From assembly GCA_965219455.1 (NCBI GenBank), contig OZ244744.1:5440001-5504000 (forward strand): a DNA stretch of 64,000 nt, read 5' to 3'. Below the pieces are notes generated by a model, which did not search any database, was not told the origin of the DNA, and saw nothing but the letters and a program-made list of their open reading frames with translations. Below are positions 1 through 8,789 of the stretch, one piece after another. This stretch comes from Candidatus Latescibacterota bacterium. GTDB lineage: Bacteria > Latescibacterota > UBA2968 > GCA-2709665. Position 1 is the first letter of the stretch, and the number at the start of each line of letters is the position of its first letter. The position numbers were made by a program, and so were the translations under genes.

Positions 1-2
1 TG

Positions 3-1004
3 AAACGGCGCATGGAAGCGTTACCCACGGTGTATAATGTACGAACCAGCTTCCAGGATGGTCAGCCCGAAGTGGACGTGGTGTTGCGGCCGGACGTCAC
101 GGCGGCGTTTGGTCTCACGTCACAGAACCTCGTACGCGAACTCGAGCGCAGACTGGCAGGTGAGGAAGCCGGGGAACTCTCCAAAGACCAGCGGGCGCGA
201 ACCATCCGGGTGGGTTTCGAAGATGTTGATCTTCGCGAGTTGAAACACACAAGAATTGACGGTCCCGACGGGGCGATGCTCACACTGGGAGATCTCGCCG
301 ACTTGCGCGTTGTCCAGGGGCCGCGGGAGATTTTGCGTGACGGTCAGCGCCGGGTGGGTAGGGTATCCGCTTATCTGACCGACGGGGTGGTGTTGAGCCA
401 GGCGGCAACGCAGATCAGACAGGCGGTGGGACAGATGGCCGTTCCGAACGGATATCGGGTGATCGTTACAGGCGAGGAACGGGAGCGGGCCGAGTCATTT
501 GGCGGCCTGCAATTCGCCCTTTTGCTGTCGGTGGTGCTCGTATATATGGTAATGGCTTCGCTTTTTGAGTCTTTGCTCCATCCGTTTACCGTGATGCTGA
601 CAGTGCCGCTGGCAGGCATCGGGGTGGTGTTCGCATTCTGGAGCCTTGGAGAAGCGTTTGGCGTAATGGCATTCATCGGAGCAATCATGCTGGGAGGAAT
701 CGCGGTGAACGACGCCATCATTATGGTGGACCGCATCAACCAGCTGCGGCGCGATACGGACGACTTGAGACAGGCGGTTCTCCAGGGTGCGCAGGATCGG
801 CTGCGTCCGATCCTGATGACCAGCGCCACAACCATTCTTGCGCTGTTACCCATGGCGGTGGGGGTCGGCGAAGGCGCCCGTTTGCGGACGCCGATGGCGG
901 TGGCGGTTATCGGCGGGCTGGTGACGTCCACGCTGATGACCCTTGTGGTGATTCCTGTGGTTTACGAATTGATCGAACGGCTCAGAATCAGGAGAGCGTC
1001 GTGA
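3..1004 (+). CDS. AcrB/AcrD/AcrF-family RND efflux permease, C-terminal part (5' truncated by window edge)
   Basis: Frame is open from the window start. RND C-terminal motifs LVYMVMASLFES, GIAVNDAIIMVD, RLRPILMT and GGLVTSTLMTLVVIP. Confidence 0.9.
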   Translation, partial: KRRMEALPTVYNVRTSFQDGQPEVDVVLRPDVTAAFGLTSQNLVRELERRLAGEEAGELSKDQRARTIRVGFEDVDLRELKHTRIDGPDGAMLTLGDLADLRVVQGPREILRDGQRRVGRVSAYLTDGVVLSQAATQIRQAVGQMAVPNGYRVIVTGEERERAESFGGLQFALLLSVVLVYMVMASLFESLLHPFTVMLTVPLAGIGVVFAFWSLGEAFGVMAFIGAIMLGGIAVNDAIIMVDRINQLRRDTDDLRQAVLQGAQDRLRPILMTSATTILALLPMAVGVGEGARLRTPMAVAVIGGLVTSTLMTLVVIPVVYELIERLRIRRAS

Positions 1005-4000
1005 TTCTCCCCGATCTTGCGGTACGGCGGCCAGTGACGACGTCCATGTTTTTCGCTGCGTTCGCCATATTGGGTGTCGTATCGTGGACCCGGCTTCCGG
1101 TACAGCTCTTTCCCGAGCTGATTTTTCCCGAAGTTTTCGTTACGCTCTCGCTGCCGGGGGCCGCTCCGGAACAGGTTGAAAGGGACCTGGTGATTCCCGC
1201 CGAAGGGGAGATCGGCAAGCTGGACGGGGTCCGGGAGATGGAGTCGTTTGCTATGGCCAATATGGGTGGCATAAGAATTTCCTATGCCCCGGACGTGGAT
1301 ATGAAATTCGCCCTGCTTCAGCTGCAAAGCAACCTGAACAGGTTGCAGCCGACGCTGCCCGAACGTACGCAAACGGATGTACAGAGGTTCGATTCTACAG
1401 ATCTGAGCAGCAGTATCATGGAGCTTCACGTGCTTGCCGATTGGGATCTGAACCAGCTACGGGAGTTCACGGAGGAAAAAATCCGTCCTGAATTGGAGTC
1501 TATCGACGGTGTTGTGAATGTGTCCGTAATGGGCGGGCGGCGCAGCGCCGTGGAAATCGTCCTGGATCCGTTGCTGCTGGAGGCGCATGGCCTTTCCATC
1601 GCACAGGTACGGGGACGCATGAACAACTATAACCGGCGACGTGAGTACCTCGGCCGCGTATACGACGGGAATCGGGCTTACTCGGTGAGCATTCAGGGAC
1701 AGTTTACCGACCTGCGCCAGATTCGGGATCTTGTGTTGAACGCGGACGGTACACTCAGACTTGGCGACGTTTCCCGGGTGGGATACGGACTTCAGGAACA
1801 GGCCGATCGCCACAGAGTCAACGGCAAACCATCGGTGGGGGTCCGAGTTCAGAAGGACGACGACGCGAATCTGGTCGAGGTGGCCACCGCTGTAGAAGCG
1901 GCCATTGGACAGCTGAATCGGAATTTCAAGAGCGAGGGTGTGGAATTGGGCGTGAGTTCGTCTCAGGCGGACCTGATGACCGGGGCGCTTTCCACCCTGA
2001 AACAGGCGGCCATTGTCGGCGCTGTCCTCGGACTGATCGTGCTCTTTCTGTTTCTTCGGAACCTTCGTTTTGTCTCGGTCCTCCTTCTGGCCATTCCGGT
2101 TTCTCTCCTGATGACCTTTAATCTGATGTACCTGGGGGGACTATCCGTGAACGTCCTGTCGCTTTGCGGCCTGGCCCTCGCGATGGGAATGCTCGCGGAC
2201 AACGGCATCGTGGTGATGGAAAATATCTTCAAGCACTACGAGCGTGGAAAACCGCCGGCCCAGGCGGCGCGGGAGGGGACGGCCGAGGTTGGGCGCGCGG
2301 TGGTCGCGGCAACCGCCACCACCGTTACCGCTTTCCTGCCCGTTCTGTTTATCGAGAGCGACGCGAGGGACCTGCTGCGCGAACTGGCGTTGTCCATGGC
2401 GTTTCCACTTATGGCATCACTGCTGGTCGCGCTGACGCTTGTACCGGCCCTTGCCGTCCGCGCATTGAGCCGCGAGGTCCGGCAACCGCCTGACGTCCGC
2501 GGCTTACTCGAACAGTATACGCTACTGTTGAAGGCGGCTCTGCGGCACCGCGTGTCGGTCGCCATGTCAGTAGGGGGCGCGCTCGCGCTGACACTCGTCG
2601 TGGCCTTCTTCTTCCTGCTACAGCAGCAGGTACGGCGAGAGGAGACGCGATTTACGGTTTACGTGAACCTTCCGCAGGGGGCCACACTGGATGCCACCGA
2701 TGAGGTCGCTAAACAGGTGGAAGAATCTGTGAGGGACGTGCCCGGGCTGGACCGGTTTACGACGTCGGTTCAGGAGGCCGAGGCAAACGTTACCGTCCTG
2801 CTGGGAAAGCGTACTGACCGGCCGGGCGGCATCTCGCTGGATGAAATCAAAGAGCAACTCGACGAAAAACTGCAGAACGTGCAGGGCGGTGTGGTCGGAT
2901 ACGAGCCCAGGCCGCGGGCAGGGAGGGGCGGTCGCGGGCAGGGGATAGGGCAGCGTCGGAGGCGCAGTTCCGGTGGTTTCGATCTGACGGGGGCCACGCC
3001 GAACGAGCAGGCCGTGGTTCGAGGATACGATTTTACAATACTCACGATGATCGCCAACGACATGGTGTACCGCCTTGAGGAACTGGAGGAGGTGGATGCC
3101 AACAGCGTACGCGCTGACGCCGAACGGAGTTCGCCGGAGGTTCAGGTGATTCCCGATGCAGCGGCCCTGTTCGACCGGCGGCTCGGGGCACAGGAGGTAC
3201 TGGCTGCCATGGGAGACACCCGCTTTGACGGATTCCGCACCACCGTACCGTTTCTGCTGCCCGACGCAACCGAGGTACCCATCGAAGTGCGTACGATTGA
3301 AGAGGAGGACCGCGACCGCTACGGGCTGGCTGAATTCAAACGCTCCCGCATTCTCAACCAGGAGGGGCAGTACGTGTCTCTGGACGAAGTCGCGCGGGTT
3401 CGAACGGACGAGGGCAGAAGCAGCCTGTTGCGGACCGACCAGGCCCGTCGGATTGTGGTTTCCTACCAATTTCCTTCGGAAATTCTGGATTCACAGCCAC
3501 GGTTGGATGTTGCGAGACGGTCCGTGCGGACGACTCTGCAGGATATGGTGCTGCCGGAGGGCTATTCTATCGAGACAATCGAGGCGCAGGAAGAGACGAT
3601 TTACTATTGGATGATGGGAATTGCCGCGGTGCTCATCTACATGATTCTGGCCTCGCTGTTTGAATCTTTCGCGTCTCCGGTCATCATTCTATGTACGTTG
3701 CCGCCCGCGGCCATCGGCTCCTGTTGGGCGCTGATGGCGTCGGGCACGGGTCTGAGCCAGCAGGAGGGCCCCATGGCGCTTCTGGGCCTTATTGTCCTGC
3801 TGGGTATCGCCGTGAATAACGGAATCATCCTGATTGACGCGGTCGGCGTGCTCAGGTCCCGTTTCGGATATCGCAGGGAACGTGCTGTACTGACCGCGGC
3901 AAGGTCCCGAGTGCGACCCATATTGATGACGACGGCCACAACGCTTCTGGGCGTTCTTCCGCTCGCGCTGGAATTCGGTGGTGATTTTGAAATCTGGCCG

Positions 4001-5713
4001 CCGTTTGCAATCACCGTTCTGGGTGGCTTGTCGGTTTCCATGGTATCCACACTGATCCTGATTCCGGTCGTTTACATGGGGCTGGATCAGATCGGAGCCT
4101 GGCTGGCCGACATGGGGTTTGTCGGCGTCACGCTCTCCCTGCTGGCTACCGCTGCGGCCGGCTACGGCGTATATACCCGATATGAAAGCATTTTCTGGGC
4201 AGCCCTGTCGATATTGCCCATCTGGTGCGCGTTCCTGGCGGCGGTGTGGATCGTCCTGAAGGTGCATCGCGCTCGAGTCGACGCCCGTCGGGCGTCGAGC
4301 GCCGTGTATTCCATTCAACTCAGGAATCTGACCAAAATCTACGGCGCACCCGGGCGTTTTGGCCGGGAGTGGGCGCGCAACGAGCGTCGGAGAGGGCGGT
4401 TAATGGAATTGGGATTGGATCCGCAGGACCGCAAAGCGGTTCGTGATGCTCTCCTCTGGAAGCTGCCGTTGCTCGCCCTGTTGGTGTTTTTTACCTCCTA
4501 TTTCGAGGACGAAATCTGGATCTATCTGCACGGGTTGGCGCTTGCATTCATGCTGGCACACGTGGGTCGACGTTTCGGCGACCTCTGGCGAGGGCGTTTG
4601 TCGGCGCCGGTGGACCGCATCGGAGACTTTCTGCACAAAGTCGCTCTACCACTGGGGTTTATGGCTTATGCGCACTGGCGGCTGAACTTGCTTTCCGTCA
4701 CCATTGCAACCTTCGGATTGTGGGCCGCCTATCGTCTGGCGCGATGGCTCGCGGACAAGGTGCGGACTGGCGAGATAAATCTCGATGACCTGCCCGGGCG
4801 TTTTGCACGGGCGCGCCGATGGTTTTATCGGATGCCATCGGCCCTGCCCCTTATCGGTGTTCCCCGCCCGGAATTTCGGGCGCTGGCTGGCGTCAACCTG
4901 GAAATCGGCAGGGGAATGTTCGGTCTTTTGGGCCCCAATGGCGCCGGTAAGACCACGTTGATGCGTATTCTTTGTCGGGTCCTCGAACCCAGCTACGGGT
5001 CGATTCAGATCGATGGTCGAAACATCTTGAGGAAGGGTTCGATTCATGGTCTGATCGGGTACCTTCCGCAGCACTTCGGCAACTACGAACATCTCTCCGC
5101 ATACGAATTTCTGGAATACCGGGCGCTGCTGGAAGGCTATAAGGACCGCAAGATTCGCGAGAGGCGGGTGATCGAATCTCTGGAACAGGTAAATCTGATC
5201 GAACGCAAGGAAGATCCGATCGGGTCTTTCTCAGGGGGAATGAAGCAGCGACTTGGCATCGCACAGACCCTCTTGCACACCCCGATGATCGTGGTGGTGG
5301 ACGAGCCCACTGCGGGGCTCGATCCGCTGGAGCGTATCCGGTTTCGCAACCTGCTCGCCCGCTTGAGTCAGGATCGGATCGTCATTTTTTCCACGCACAT
5401 TGTGGAAGATATCTCCGGAAGCTGCAATCGACTGGCGGTACTGGATCAGGGGCGTCTTCTGTATACGGGAACGCCGGAGGAGATGAGAAATCTGGCGGAG
5501 GGACGGGTTTGGGACGCGGTGGTTTCGGAACAGCACTTTTCCGAATTGGAAGAAAAACTGAAGCTCATATCACACCAGCGAGCGTCAGACGGCGTCCGAA
5601 TGCGATTCTTGTCCGAACGTCCACCGGTTGGCTTCGGCGCGCAGAGCGTGGATCCAACCCTGGAAGACGCGTATCTCTACCTTCTTGGCGGAGGAGAGGA
5701 ACAGCCGTGCTGA
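1001..5713 (+). CDS. RND permease fused to a C-terminal ABC transporter ATPase
   Basis: aa 1-~1030 form a complete AcrB-like subunit (RRPVTTSM, GMLADNGIVVMEN, RVRPILMT). C-terminus has Walker A GPNGAGKTT, signature FSGGMKQR, Walker B VVVDEPT and H-loop STH. GTGA overlap with the upstream gene. Confidence 0.9.
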   Translation: MILPDLAVRRPVTTSMFFAAFAILGVVSWTRLPVQLFPELIFPEVFVTLSLPGAAPEQVERDLVIPAEGEIGKLDGVREMESFAMANMGGIRISYAPDVDMKFALLQLQSNLNRLQPTLPERTQTDVQRFDSTDLSSSIMELHVLADWDLNQLREFTEEKIRPELESIDGVVNVSVMGGRRSAVEIVLDPLLLEAHGLSIAQVRGRMNNYNRRREYLGRVYDGNRAYSVSIQGQFTDLRQIRDLVLNADGTLRLGDVSRVGYGLQEQADRHRVNGKPSVGVRVQKDDDANLVEVATAVEAAIGQLNRNFKSEGVELGVSSSQADLMTGALSTLKQAAIVGAVLGLIVLFLFLRNLRFVSVLLLAIPVSLLMTFNLMYLGGLSVNVLSLCGLALAMGMLADNGIVVMENIFKHYERGKPPAQAAREGTAEVGRAVVAATATTVTAFLPVLFIESDARDLLRELALSMAFPLMASLLVALTLVPALAVRALSREVRQPPDVRGLLEQYTLLLKAALRHRVSVAMSVGGALALTLVVAFFFLLQQQVRREETRFTVYVNLPQGATLDATDEVAKQVEESVRDVPGLDRFTTSVQEAEANVTVLLGKRTDRPGGISLDEIKEQLDEKLQNVQGGVVGYEPRPRAGRGGRGQGIGQRRRRSSGGFDLTGATPNEQAVVRGYDFTILTMIANDMVYRLEELEEVDANSVRADAERSSPEVQVIPDAAALFDRRLGAQEVLAAMGDTRFDGFRTTVPFLLPDATEVPIEVRTIEEEDRDRYGLAEFKRSRILNQEGQYVSLDEVARVRTDEGRSSLLRTDQARRIVVSYQFPSEILDSQPRLDVARRSVRTTLQDMVLPEGYSIETIEAQEETIYYWMMGIAAVLIYMILASLFESFASPVIILCTLPPAAIGSCWALMASGTGLSQQEGPMALLGLIVLLGIAVNNGIILIDAVGVLRSRFGYRRERAVLTAARSRVRPILMTTATTLLGVLPLALEFGGDFEIWPPFAITVLGGLSVSMVSTLILIPVVYMGLDQIGAWLADMGFVGVTLSLLATAAAGYGVYTRYESIFWAALSILPIWCAFLAAVWIVLKVHRARVDARRASSAVYSIQLRNLTKIYGAPGRFGREWARNERRRGRLMELGLDPQDRKAVRDALLWKLPLLALLVFFTSYFEDEIWIYLHGLALAFMLAHVGRRFGDLWRGRLSAPVDRIGDFLHKVALPLGFMAYAHWRLNLLSVTIATFGLWAAYRLARWLADKVRTGEINLDDLPGRFARARRWFYRMPSALPLIGVPRPEFRALAGVNLEIGRGMFGLLGPNGAGKTTLMRILCRVLEPSYGSIQIDGRNILRKGSIHGLIGYLPQHFGNYEHLSAYEFLEYRALLEGYKDRKIRERRVIESLEQVNLIERKEDPIGSFSGGMKQRLGIAQTLLHTPMIVVVDEPTAGLDPLERIRFRNLLARLSQDRIVIFSTHIVEDISGSCNRLAVLDQGRLLYTGTPEEMRNLAEGRVWDAVVSEQHFSELEEKLKLISHQRASDGVRMRFLSERPPVGFGAQSVDPTLEDAYLYLLGGGEEQPC

Positions 5714-6429
5714 ACTGGCGAGAATTGCTGCTGACCACGTGGCGGCTCTATCGGCTTAGCTGCAGGATCATATTTCACAGGAAGTTGATGTTCATGGCCA
5801 TTGGTGTTCTTGTCTATTACGCCGCCATGTATGCATTTGCAGTCTGGCGCCCCAGCGAAGGATTCGGCGTATCGCGAGCGCTCAATGTTCTGGTTGAAAT
5901 TCCCGGCATCGCCCTGGCCATTTATCTGACGATGGATCTCGTTGCAGGCGAACGCGATAGAAATACACTGGAGACGCTATTCAGTACAACCTCGTCCCAC
6001 TATAAAATATGGGCGATTCGGATGGTCGGAGTTTATCTGGTGTTGGCGGGAACCCTGATGGGAATGACGGTTGCCGCCTATTTCTTATTTGCGGAATTGC
6101 CGATATTCCGGGGTGGGTTGAATGCGTTTCTGCCAGCGTGTTTCACCGCGGGGCTTACGTTTTACTTTTCCGTTCTCTGTCGAAGCGGCAATGCGGCCGC
6201 GATGCTCGCTACCGGAGTGATGGGCCTGACTCTGTTCATCTCGGAATCCATGCCAGATTCTCCATTCACGCTTTTTCTGAGTACGTTTGATCCCCCGGTG
6301 GGTATGGAAGGCACCCTGTGGGGCGACCAGGTGCTGCTGAATCGCCTGGCTGTACTGATGCTGTCGGGATTGCTGCTTTTTATGGGCCTGCGCAAGATGG
6401 AAGCCAGGGAGCGATTGGTATCTTCGTAG
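5707..6429 (+). CDS. ABC-2-type transporter permease-like membrane protein
   Basis: About six hydrophobic segments and the GERDRNTLETLFST motif typical of ABC-2 permeases. GTG start overlaps the previous stop. Confidence 0.75.
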   Translation: MLNWRELLLTTWRLYRLSCRIIFHRKLMFMAIGVLVYYAAMYAFAVWRPSEGFGVSRALNVLVEIPGIALAIYLTMDLVAGERDRNTLETLFSTTSSHYKIWAIRMVGVYLVLAGTLMGMTVAAYFLFAELPIFRGGLNAFLPACFTAGLTFYFSVLCRSGNAAAMLATGVMGLTLFISESMPDSPFTLFLSTFDPPVGMEGTLWGDQVLLNRLAVLMLSGLLLFMGLRKMEARERLVSS

Positions 6430-6614
6430 CGGTATGTGATTCCGCCCCGGATGAACCGATCGTACGCCACACGGCCACGGATTCCGAATCCGGTCGACGA
6501 CACGGCATTATCAGGTCGTCGTCACGGGCGGAATCTGCGGAGCGCGCCACTTTAGGTTGGACATGTCACCGATCTGATGCGCGAGACACCGGCCGGGATT
6601 CTCGCCCGCCGATG

Positions 6615-7787
6615 TTATTCCTTGCGTACATCCAACCGGACCTTGCGGGGTTCTACCTTTACGACCGTCAGATCCGTCCCGTGTGTTATCGACTCGACGC
6701 CAAACTCGAATGTTCTGCGTCCGAACCTGACGTAGGCGGCATTGATCACGAGTCGAAAGTCGTCCACGGGCGCCAGCAGAAAGGCGCGCCGCGGCCCCTT
6801 CACGGTTACGTTTACAACGTCCGGTCTGACCCCCTCCAGTGTATAGCCACTCGGTAGGTTCTCCACGCCGACCTCCACTTCGTACGTCGTTTCCTGGACC
6901 GCCGCGCCGGGTACCAACAACAGCCATGCACCGAACGCCAGCGCGAAGGAGAGCAAACCTTCAGCGAGATGTCGCGCCAGCCAGCCCCGACCGGTCCTCC
7001 TCGCGCTCGCGACCACGTGCTGCGCGTGCTCCTGTAACCTGGCCAGCAGTTCCTCGGGATCGTCTATAATCTCCAGTCGACCCTGCCGCGCGACGGCGAT
7101 GGTGCCGCGCTCCTCGGAAACCACCAGGCACAGGGCGTCGCTACGCTCGGTCAGCCCGAGTGCCGCAGCGTGGCGAGTGCCTCCGGGCCCGAGTTCGCCC
7201 CGGTTTTCCGAGAGCGGCAGATATACGGCGAAACGCTCCAGCCTGTCTTCTCTCATAACCAGAGCGCCATCGTGACCCGCCGCCGCCGTGCCGAACAGGC
7301 TATCGATAAGTTCCTCGCTGATGGTCGCTTGCAGTTCAATCCCGCCTTGCAAATACCGATCCAGCGGCTCGCGTCCGGGCAATACCACCAGGGCGCCCTG
7401 CCGCTTCGCCGCCAGTTGATGCATCGCCCGAACCAGCACCGCCAGACTCCCGCTCCGGGGGCGCGATACCCTCCTGCCCAGGCCGAGTGCGGCAATCTGT
7501 TCAAAGAGCCGTCGCAGGTCGTCCTGAAAAACGACAACAAGCAACACAACCAGGACCGCAAAAAACCCCTGGAAGATCCACGCTGTCAGTTGCAGTTCGA
7601 ATTGCCGCGCCAGCAGGTAGAAGGCACCCAAAAAGGCCAGCCCGATGAGCGCCATTCGGGCGTGCATTCTCCGAGTCCAGACCAACAGGCCCCAGAACAG
7701 TACACCCACGACCGCTATGTCCACAAAATCGGCCAATGCGATCTCAAGTAGCGTCATATCAGGAGATTTCCCGGCTGCCGGATTCAC
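6615..7787 (-). CDS. Diadenylate cyclase (CdaA/DisA_N) with C-terminal YbbR-like domain
   Basis: Three N-terminal TM helices, FQDDLRR, HDGAL, GTRHAAA and VVSEERG motifs, then a TM helix and a YbbR-like beta domain. Start may be ATG 7757. Confidence 0.85.
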   Translation of the reverse strand: MNPAAGKSPDMTLLEIALADFVDIAVVGVLFWGLLVWTRRMHARMALIGLAFLGAFYLLARQFELQLTAWIFQGFFAVLVVLLVVVFQDDLRRLFEQIAALGLGRRVSRPRSGSLAVLVRAMHQLAAKRQGALVVLPGREPLDRYLQGGIELQATISEELIDSLFGTAAAGHDGALVMREDRLERFAVYLPLSENRGELGPGGTRHAAALGLTERSDALCLVVSEERGTIAVARQGRLEIIDDPEELLARLQEHAQHVVASARRTGRGWLARHLAEGLLSFALAFGAWLLLVPGAAVQETTYEVEVGVENLPSGYTLEGVRPDVVNVTVKGPRRAFLLAPVDDFRLVINAAYVRFGRRTFEFGVESITHGTDLTVVKVEPRKVRLDVRKE

Positions 7788-8108
7788 TGGATGGAGGACG
7801 CGAGCCTGCCCACGATGGGCGAATACCTGCCGGCTCGAAATATGGGCAATCTTTCACAATTCGTCAAGACCGCAGCGAATCATTCCCGCTGGGCCGTTGA
7901 ATGTCGATCGGGGTCTCCGGCGGCCTATTCATCGCGCGATCCGGTCGGAGGCACAAGGCGTTGGATTCAGACGTCCTGCAAGACCACGCTTCGGATCTCG
8001 CCTTTCGCTTGGTCAGTCCAGGGTAAATACATATATTTAGAGACATTCAGGGCAACCGGAAATGGACATCTGTTTGTCTGACGCTGTTTATGGACGGAGG
8101 AGAGCGAT

Positions 8109-8789
8109 ATGCAGGGTACACGGGGACGATTGAGCAGGCGGGAACTCAGGCAGGACGAGTTTGCGAAAAGGATATTGGTTGCATGGGCTTATGTGGAGGA
8201 GAACTATATACGTGTGCTTGCCGTGGGCGCGGGGGTGGCGGTCCTTATCCTGCTAGGCGTATTCGTCATGCACCGGATGGACGCCCGGGCCATGGAGGCA
8301 GTGGAGGCGGAGGGACGGGTTCGGGTATTGTTGCTACAGGGGCGGGTTGACGATGCCATCTTGGAAGCAGAGCGCATTGCGGAAGCCTATAGTGGTGATG
8401 CAGCCGCAGGGCGAGCGCTTCAACTGGCTGGCGGCCTTTATTTCGAAACGGGGCGTCACGCCGAGGCACAGGCTGCATTTGAAAAATACCTCCAGGAGTT
8501 CGACTCGACGGGTCCCACGGGGTATAGCGCCTGGTCCGGTGTGGCCGCGGCGATGGAAGAACAGGGCGATCCCGCGAGTGCGGCGGCCAGATACCAGGCG
8601 TTCGCCGATGAATTCGAAGACTCGCCGTTCGCGCCCAATGCACTCAAAGAGGCGGCCCGTTGTTATCGGGTCTCGGGAGATACCGATCAGGCCAGGAATC
8701 TGTTGCAGCGCATTCTGGACAGGTATTCCAAGAGCCCGGTCGTTCGGAGCGCAGAGGAGGAACTCAAGCAGATGGGTGGCATCGGATGA
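8109..8789 (+). CDS. Membrane-anchored tetratricopeptide repeat protein (YfgM-like)
   Basis: LSRRELRQDEF N-terminus, one TM helix, then TPR-like helical repeats. RBS GGAGG. Confidence 0.75.
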   Translation: MQGTRGRLSRRELRQDEFAKRILVAWAYVEENYIRVLAVGAGVAVLILLGVFVMHRMDARAMEAVEAEGRVRVLLLQGRVDDAILEAERIAEAYSGDAAAGRALQLAGGLYFETGRHAEAQAAFEKYLQEFDSTGPTGYSAWSGVAAAMEEQGDPASAAARYQAFADEFEDSPFAPNALKEAARCYRVSGDTDQARNLLQRILDRYSKSPVVRSAEEELKQMGGIG

